From: Bacteroidota bacterium
GTDB lineage: Bacteria > Bacteroidota > Bacteroidia > CAILMK01 > JAAYUY01
Length of the DNA stretch: 64,000 nt
NCBI GenBank assembly: GCA_018698135.1
Contig: JABINZ010000192.1
Coordinates: 3,237-67,236 of the forward strand
Reading direction: 5' to 3'
How positions within the stretch are numbered: the stretch's first letter is position 1; every line of letters begins with the position of its first letter. Shown piece after piece: positions 58,152 to 64,000 of the stretch. The notes beneath the pieces are model-generated. The model was not told where the DNA came from. It made no database searches and saw only the letters and a program-made list of their open reading frames with translations. The translations under genes were made by a program, and so were the position numbers.

Positions 58152-58853
58152 TTGAGCGAAATTGCAACTGATATTATTCAAAAGCATCTAAAACCTAATG
58201 ACAAATTTATTTATGGATATGCAATTCTGAAAGGCTTGCCTGATCCTGTTTTTGGGAACTATCAATATGGGATTTCTATTGAAAAAAAACTGGATGACTC
58301 AATTCTGGATCAGGTAAAAAATGGACCAACACACGAATATCACAAGCATTATCTGACGATGAACAAAAAGCTGGATGAGTTAGCTATCGCTATTACCTCC
58401 GATTTGAATAAAAGTGGAATTGAATCTATAAATATCACTCCTTCTACAACTACCGAATTACTGAATACCAAATATAACGAAGATTTACGAACAGAGCTTT
58501 CACACAAAATGGTCGCAACCAGAGCTGGTTTAGGTTGGATTGGTAAAACAGCTCTCTTTGTCTCAAAGAAATTTGGAACCCGACTCAGATTAGTAAGTAT
58601 TCTAACAAAAACGGAATTAGTGCCTGCACAAAACCCAATTGAAAAAAGCCGCTGCGGTACTTGCTCAATTTGTGTTGAGGCATGTCCTGCGAATGCTGCA
58701 ACAGGCCAATTATGGAATGTGACAATTGATAGGGATGAATTCTTTAATGCTCAAGCTTGCAGAGAACAGTGTCGGATTTTTGGAGAATCCAAACTTAATT
58801 CTGATATCCGAATTTGTGGGATTTGTGTGGCAGTTTGTCCTATAAAACAGTAA
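58152..58853 (+). CDS. 4Fe-4S double-cluster binding protein (QueG/reductive-dehalogenase-related)
   Basis: 233 aa; C-terminal CGTCSICVEACP and C...C...CGICVAVCP ferredoxin-type motifs. Confidence 0.5.
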   Translation: MSEIATDIIQKHLKPNDKFIYGYAILKGLPDPVFGNYQYGISIEKKLDDSILDQVKNGPTHEYHKHYLTMNKKLDELAIAITSDLNKSGIESINITPSTTTELLNTKYNEDLRTELSHKMVATRAGLGWIGKTALFVSKKFGTRLRLVSILTKTELVPAQNPIEKSRCGTCSICVEACPANAATGQLWNVTIDRDEFFNAQACREQCRIFGESKLNSDIRICGICVAVCPIKQ

Positions 58854-59606
58854 TTACTGTTTCAATTCAGCCCAAACAAAAACATTGGTAGCCAAAAATG
58901 GATTATTTGTTATTTTACCTCTAAAAATATACTTTTTCAGAAATCGTTTTAATGAGCTATCCTTCATCACATCCAGTGGGGCAGTCATTAGCTTCGCTTC
59001 TTTCACTTCAAAACCAGAATCCTCCAATAATCTAACAATTCTTTTCTTGGTATAGATTCGAGCATTGGCCCAGCGTTCGTGTAAAGGCCTGGGTAGCCAT
59101 GAGAAAAAGGGAACTCTATTCCATGGGAGCAAAGGTAATTTTGCTCCGTGTGTTTCTAACAGCCACCATTTGTGTGGTACTGTGATAGCTATCTTTCCCC
59201 CGGGTTTTAAAAAGTGCTTGAATCGCCTAACCGTTTTCTCTGACTTAAAATGCTCAATCACTTCAAAACATATCAATCGATCAAATTTCTGATCAGGAAC
59301 TTCTTCCTCAACATTCATTAAAAGAATTTGACAATTTTGAAGATACTGTTCTGAACATGTTTGCTCAAATGCCACTTTGTTTTCCGGAAAAATATCAACA
59401 CCTGTGCAGTTTTGAAATTCTTTAGCCAGTAACACAACTGTATTGCCATTCCCACAGCCGATATCGACCATTGACAAATCATTGCCAATAAAATTTGGTA
59501 TTTGTCTTACTAATTCTGCACGGGTTTTAACAAACAAATCGTTATGAGAAGCAGGCAAACCAATATAATGACCGTCCTTAAAACGATTCTTATCAACTAT
59601 TGACAT
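58854..59606 (-). CDS. Class I SAM-dependent methyltransferase
   Basis: 250 aa; motif I VDIGCGNGN, motif post-I/II spacing typical of Methyltransf_11/12. Confidence 0.75.
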   Translation of the reverse strand: MSIVDKNRFKDGHYIGLPASHNDLFVKTRAELVRQIPNFIGNDLSMVDIGCGNGNTVVLLAKEFQNCTGVDIFPENKVAFEQTCSEQYLQNCQILLMNVEEEVPDQKFDRLICFEVIEHFKSEKTVRRFKHFLKPGGKIAITVPHKWWLLETHGAKLPLLPWNRVPFFSWLPRPLHERWANARIYTKKRIVRLLEDSGFEVKEAKLMTAPLDVMKDSSLKRFLKKYIFRGKITNNPFLATNVFVWAELKQ

Positions 59607-59608
59607 TT

Positions 59609-62089
59609 CTATTTTTCCTCAATTTTCTCTTCCTCCACCATGATGTCTTCGTCCGTGGGTTTCATATAGGTATAAATGGTAAACAGAATCAAAATGCCCA
59701 TTAATACAGATGAAGCCAAGGAAATTTTCTCTCCGGCAATATAGGATTTAGGCTCAAATTTAAATTCAATTTCATGTTCCCCTGCAGGAATATTCATTGC
59801 TCTTAAAATATAATTAGCTCTAAAATGTGGTACTAACTTTTTATCGAGATAGGCATTCCAACCCTTATCGTAATAAACTTCCGAAAAAACGGCTATCTGC
59901 TCCGAAGTAGCTGACGTTTTATAGCTTATTTTATTAGGGGCATAGCTTACCAAATCAATACTGGCTTTATCATCTGAGTTTTTTGTAAAGTCTTTTACCT
60001 GATTTTTAAAAACTTCATCAACTACAGCAACCGATTTCAGATCAACATTTCGCAGCATATTAATTTCTTCATCGGCATTAGCTACCATTTTAACATCCTG
60101 AATAAACCATGCATTTCCAAAATTATTTGGATTTTGAATCACTCCATTTGCTTGGTCTCCAGCTATATAATACTTAGTATTAAGCATATTCAAGCAAGGT
60201 GTTTTCTCAAATGGTACATTACCATCCTTTTGTAATTCCGCAATTAAAGCTTGTAATTCAGGTGATAAATGATATTCTATCATATCCTGATAACGTGCCA
60301 TTTTTGCTCCATGATAGCCACCAACCAATTTATGGTAATAGGCTTTTGTTGCACTATTCCATGGATCAGTGGTTAAATCCATCACGCGATAATGTGGATC
60401 ACTATCTTGTAAAACAGCCTGATCTGCAGCTGTCATTGCAACAAATTCTTTTTGATTTCTTGATTTGCGATGAAAATCATCTTTGTTAAAATAGCGTTTG
60501 TCAACTCCCCAGAAATCAAATAAAATGGCAATTCCTAAAATTGCAAATACTACATTCAATTTGATTTTATTTTTCAGATACGCAAATAAAGTCCCTGCAG
60601 CAATGGTAATTAGAACAAATGATCTGAATGCATCCATACGCATCAGTCTTGCCCTATCTTCCCGAATTAAATCCATTGGCCATCCTCCTTCTTCAAAGCG
60701 TGTATCATTCACACTTGTGAAATCAAAAATATTTCCACCAAACAAGGCTATCAATAAGGTTATTCCACCAACACCATAAAAACTATATTTTAAGGCCTTT
60801 AATAAATCATCTTTATTGGATTCTTTATTCAGAAATTCTTTAACGGCTAATGAAGATAAAATAGGTACTGCTAATCCAACAATTAGCAAGAGTGTCATGG
60901 GAACTCTAAACTTATTGTATAAGGGAAAGTTATTAAAAAACAAATCTGTTAAAAACATAAAATTCGAACCCCAAGCAAGCATGAGAGCCAACACAGCCGT
61001 AGCAAATAGCCACCATTTATATCGGTGCTTGACAATAAACATACCCATGACGAAAAGGAATAACATAATGGCACCAATATAAATTGGCCCGGAAGTAGAG
61101 GTCATACTACCCCAATAAGTAGGAACAGCTTGTAAGCTTTTTTTAGGAACTCCTGCCTTAGCTAAGCTAGACTCGGGACCTAATTCCTCTCCTGAGGCAC
61201 CTCCTGAAAAATAAGGGATTAAAAGTGTAAAACTTTCCTTTACGCCATAACTCCAGCGCAAAGCATAGTCTTTTTCCAAACCACCACCATCAACTTGTTT
61301 GGCTGTGATTTCAGAACCTCCACGCATGGTATATTTGGTGTATTCATTGGTTGTCCACAGCGCTGTAATATTAATTCCAACAGCTAAAACAAGTGCCACA
61401 GCCAATGCCGACATAGATTTTACGAAATCCAAATAGCCCTTTTTCTTGACCACATCAATAAACTCAACAATAAATAAGATGAGTAACATGATCATTAGGT
61501 AATAGGTAATTTGTAAGTGATTAGCCCGAATTTCAGTGGCTAAAGCCATAGCAGCAAGCGTCATTCCGCCAATGTATTTTTTCTTTAATGCCAAAATTAC
61601 ACCAGCCAAAACCAATGGCATAAAACCAACAGCAAGTGCTTTTGTTAAGTGACCTGCTTCTATATTGATAAAATTATAGGAGGAAAATGCGAAAGCCAAT
61701 CCTCCAATAAAGGCCAAAATTGGTCCTGCTCCAAAAACAAGCATGAGAATATAAAAACATATAAAATAAACGAAAACATAACCCATTGGCTCACCCAACC
61801 GCAATTTGATATACTTCATCACATAAGTGGCAAAGTTATTTGGGTATTTAACCCAAACCTGATAGGTAGGCATACCACTAAAAATAGCATTGGTCCAAAG
61901 ACTCAGTTCACCAGTTTCATGCAAATGTGTCTTTATTTCCTGTTGCATTGCTTTCGCCATGATGATATCATGTTGCCGAAGCGTTTTATTTTCCAGAACA
62001 GGAGAAAAGTAAACAGCCAGTATAATAATAAATCCAACTATTGCTGCTAAATGCGGTAAAATGCTTTTGTATTCAATTTTTAAATTCAT
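59609..62089 (-). CDS. YfhO-family membrane protein (GT-C fold glycosyltransferase family)
   Basis: 826 aa; ~13 TM helices, long periplasmic C-terminal domain; characteristic YfhO N-terminus (LAAIVGFIIILAVYFSPVL...). Confidence 0.75.
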   Translation of the reverse strand: MNLKIEYKSILPHLAAIVGFIIILAVYFSPVLENKTLRQHDIIMAKAMQQEIKTHLHETGELSLWTNAIFSGMPTYQVWVKYPNNFATYVMKYIKLRLGEPMGYVFVYFICFYILMLVFGAGPILAFIGGLAFAFSSYNFINIEAGHLTKALAVGFMPLVLAGVILALKKKYIGGMTLAAMALATEIRANHLQITYYLMIMLLILFIVEFIDVVKKKGYLDFVKSMSALAVALVLAVGINITALWTTNEYTKYTMRGGSEITAKQVDGGGLEKDYALRWSYGVKESFTLLIPYFSGGASGEELGPESSLAKAGVPKKSLQAVPTYWGSMTSTSGPIYIGAIMLFLFVMGMFIVKHRYKWWLFATAVLALMLAWGSNFMFLTDLFFNNFPLYNKFRVPMTLLLIVGLAVPILSSLAVKEFLNKESNKDDLLKALKYSFYGVGGITLLIALFGGNIFDFTSVNDTRFEEGGWPMDLIREDRARLMRMDAFRSFVLITIAAGTLFAYLKNKIKLNVVFAILGIAILFDFWGVDKRYFNKDDFHRKSRNQKEFVAMTAADQAVLQDSDPHYRVMDLTTDPWNSATKAYYHKLVGGYHGAKMARYQDMIEYHLSPELQALIAELQKDGNVPFEKTPCLNMLNTKYYIAGDQANGVIQNPNNFGNAWFIQDVKMVANADEEINMLRNVDLKSVAVVDEVFKNQVKDFTKNSDDKASIDLVSYAPNKISYKTSATSEQIAVFSEVYYDKGWNAYLDKKLVPHFRANYILRAMNIPAGEHEIEFKFEPKSYIAGEKISLASSVLMGILILFTIYTYMKPTDEDIMVEEEKIEEK

Positions 62090-62194
62090 CGGATTGGGTT
62101 TGTAAATGAAATTAAGAATTAGTTATTCTAAAAGATCGTAATACTTTCTTGTATCAGGGGTTCAAAATTACTATAATTGCATCAAAATTCAGAT

Positions 62195-63163
62195 ATGAAT
62201 ATCCAGACACTTACACAAGTAATTAAAAATCACTTTAATCTATTCTTGAAAGGAATAGGTATGGGAACTGCAAATGTAATCCCTGGCGTTTCGGGAGGCA
62301 CAATTGCTTTGATTACAGGAATTTTCGAACGTTTGATAGATGCGATTAAATCCTTTGATGTAAAGGCATTCAAGCTGATTTTTAAGGGGAATTTCAAAGA
62401 GTTTAAAGAGCACACCGACTTATGGTTTCTGATTTCTATTTTTACAGGTGTAATTGTTGCCATTGTCAGTCTGGCTAAGCTTTTCGATTTTCTTTTTGCC
62501 AATTACCCCTATTATATTTGGGCATATTTTTTTGGTTTAGTTCTGGCTTCCATTTTTTTTGTTGGAAAAACCATCACAAAATGGTCGATTCCTGTTTATC
62601 TGTTTTTAACTTTAGGAACTGCCATTGCAGTTGGTATTTCAATTCTTAACCCAGCAAGTCCGAATGATGGATTTTTCTATTTAATGATTTGTGGGGTAGT
62701 TGCCGTTTGCAGCATGATACTCCCCGGACTTTCAGGTTCATTCGTTTTACTCTTAATGGGTAATTATCAATTGGTAGCAATAGATGCCATAAACAATAAG
62801 GATCTACATATATTATTACCGGTTTTAATTGGAGCTGTTGTAGGACTAGTAGCCTTCTCACATTTGCTATCATGGATTTTTAAGAAGTATAGAAATCAAA
62901 CCATTGCTTTGCTAACTGGCTTTATTTTAGGCTCGCTTGCCATATTATGGCCCTGGCAATTCGAGGAATATCTGATAGATAATGCAGGAAATTTCATTTT
63001 AAAAGATGGTGAGAAAATAGTATCCTCTTATGTTAAGTTTATGCCCGAAAGTTTCAATGGAGAAGTTATTGGAATAATCTTTACTATTTTTGTTGGAATA
63101 GTCAGTATTTGGCTTATTGAACGCTTTGCTTCAAAGAAAAAAGAATTACCAACAGAATCATGA
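62195..63163 (+). CDS. DUF368-family membrane protein (undecaprenyl-phosphate translocase PopT family); ATG start at 62195
   Basis: Two internal repeats each with the PG(V/L)S(G/R)SG motif (IPGVSGGTIALITG; LPGLSGSFVLLLMG), ~8 TM. Confidence 0.75.
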   Translation: MNIQTLTQVIKNHFNLFLKGIGMGTANVIPGVSGGTIALITGIFERLIDAIKSFDVKAFKLIFKGNFKEFKEHTDLWFLISIFTGVIVAIVSLAKLFDFLFANYPYYIWAYFFGLVLASIFFVGKTITKWSIPVYLFLTLGTAIAVGISILNPASPNDGFFYLMICGVVAVCSMILPGLSGSFVLLLMGNYQLVAIDAINNKDLHILLPVLIGAVVGLVAFSHLLSWIFKKYRNQTIALLTGFILGSLAILWPWQFEEYLIDNAGNFILKDGEKIVSSYVKFMPESFNGEVIGIIFTIFVGIVSIWLIERFASKKKELPTES

Positions 63164-63897
63164 AACAATATGGATTGATCGGATATCCTCTTTCACATTC
63201 TTTTAGCAAAAAGTTTTTTGAACAAAAATTCATTGATCATGGCTTGCATGATCATGAATTCATCAATTTTGAGCTCAATTCTATTGATAAATTCACAGAC
63301 CTACTAAGCAATCAACCCAACTTATCAGGCTTAAGCGTTACCATTCCCTATAAGGAAGCAATAATCCCTTTTTTAGATGAATTGGATTCAACTGCAAAAG
63401 AAGTAGAAGCAGTGAACACCATAAAAATAACCAAATCCAATAATTCGATTACAACCAAAGGATTCAATACAGATGTCTTTGGTTTTGAAGAGTCTTTAAA
63501 ACCACATTTTAAAACAGAACATTATAAAGCCCTGATTCTTGGTAGCGGTGGGGCTTCCAAGGCTGTTGCTTTTGCATTAAAAAAGTTAGGTATTGCCTAT
63601 CAGATCGTATCTCGCTCCAAAGGAGATATCCTTTATAAAAATATTGATAAGCAAATTATTGAAAAACATTTGCTTATTGTCAATACAACTCCACTTGGTA
63701 TGTTTCCAAACTTTGACACCTCTCCGGCTATTCCTTACCACTATCTTGGTAAAAAGCATTTGGTATTCGATTTGGTTTACAATCCAGCAAAAAGCTCCTT
63801 TCTCAGTCAATCCGAAAAAAATGGAGCGCAGATAGTAAACGGTATAAAAATGCTCGAATTGCAAGCGAATAAGGCTTGGACAATTTGGAATTCCTAA
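63160..63897 (+). CDS. aroE: Shikimate 5-dehydrogenase
   Basis: 245 aa; N-terminal GYPLSHSFS substrate-binding block, LSVTIPYKE, NADP Rossmann LILGSGGASKAVAFAL. Confidence 0.85.
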   Translation: MKQYGLIGYPLSHSFSKKFFEQKFIDHGLHDHEFINFELNSIDKFTDLLSNQPNLSGLSVTIPYKEAIIPFLDELDSTAKEVEAVNTIKITKSNNSITTKGFNTDVFGFEESLKPHFKTEHYKALILGSGGASKAVAFALKKLGIAYQIVSRSKGDILYKNIDKQIIEKHLLIVNTTPLGMFPNFDTSPAIPYHYLGKKHLVFDLVYNPAKSSFLSQSEKNGAQIVNGIKMLELQANKAWTIWNS

Positions 63898-64000
63898 TTT
63901 CCAGGACAAAAATTCATAAAACTCATTTTAATTATATTTCTCCTGTAAAAAACAAAAATTTTGTTCAAACTATAATTCAAAATTTATATGCTCAGTCGGA

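Noticed and set aside
62230-62873. Minus-strand ORFs (90 aa and 75 aa) within the DUF368 gene, and plus-strand ORFs inside yfhO (60199..61082, 61649..62050)
   Set aside because: Antisense to confidently assigned membrane-protein genes; composition-driven.
1-64000. CRISPR arrays, rRNA genes, integrases, phage structural genes, reverse transcriptases
   Set aside because: Looked for regularly spaced short repeats, rRNA-like conserved blocks and hallmark protein motifs in all ORFs; none found.

Overview
AT-rich chromosomal segment that looks Bacteroidota (Cytophagia/Flavobacteriia-like): it carries T9SS C-terminal sorting domains, a UpxY antiterminator, a THX ribosomal protein and an S16 with a long acidic tail. 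About 55 protein-coding genes; no rRNA, tRNA or CRISPR seen. Housekeeping genes include tpx, hchA, mltG, ubiE/menG, gcvPA, engB, htrA/degP, priA, asd, ffh-rpsP-rimM, aroE and a fatty-acid desaturase. Between them sit several accessory islands. (1) The most striking is a co-directional minus-strand array of four paralogous T9SS cargo genes (16832..25892); all four share a Cys-rich N-terminal domain of unknown function, and the two large middle genes also share a ~1 kb nearly identical PKD-containing segment, consistent with recent gene conversion. (2) A 663-bp cassette made of two ~140-bp MITE-like palindromic direct repeats that frame a DUF559 endonuclease gene exactly; it is inserted between the degP terminator and the stop codon of a UpxY antiterminator gene. 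(3) A polysaccharide-type locus upstream of UpxY with an unusual double-SDR epimerase/dehydratase fusion and a GT2 glycosyltransferase. (4) A REPtron: a RAYT (Y1 transposase) flanked by GC-rich REP palindromes, followed by a MazEF-like toxin-antitoxin pair and a third REP copy. (5) An orphan membrane-anchored heptaheme c-type cytochrome fused to TPR repeats. (6) A glycosylation-themed cluster (GT-A, GT2, methyltransferase, YfhO GT-C, DUF368 undecaprenyl-phosphate translocase family) interrupted by a DUF1016 nuclease and a remnant restriction-modification fragment. All calls rest on reading the translated ORFs and the raw sequence by eye; no searches were run.
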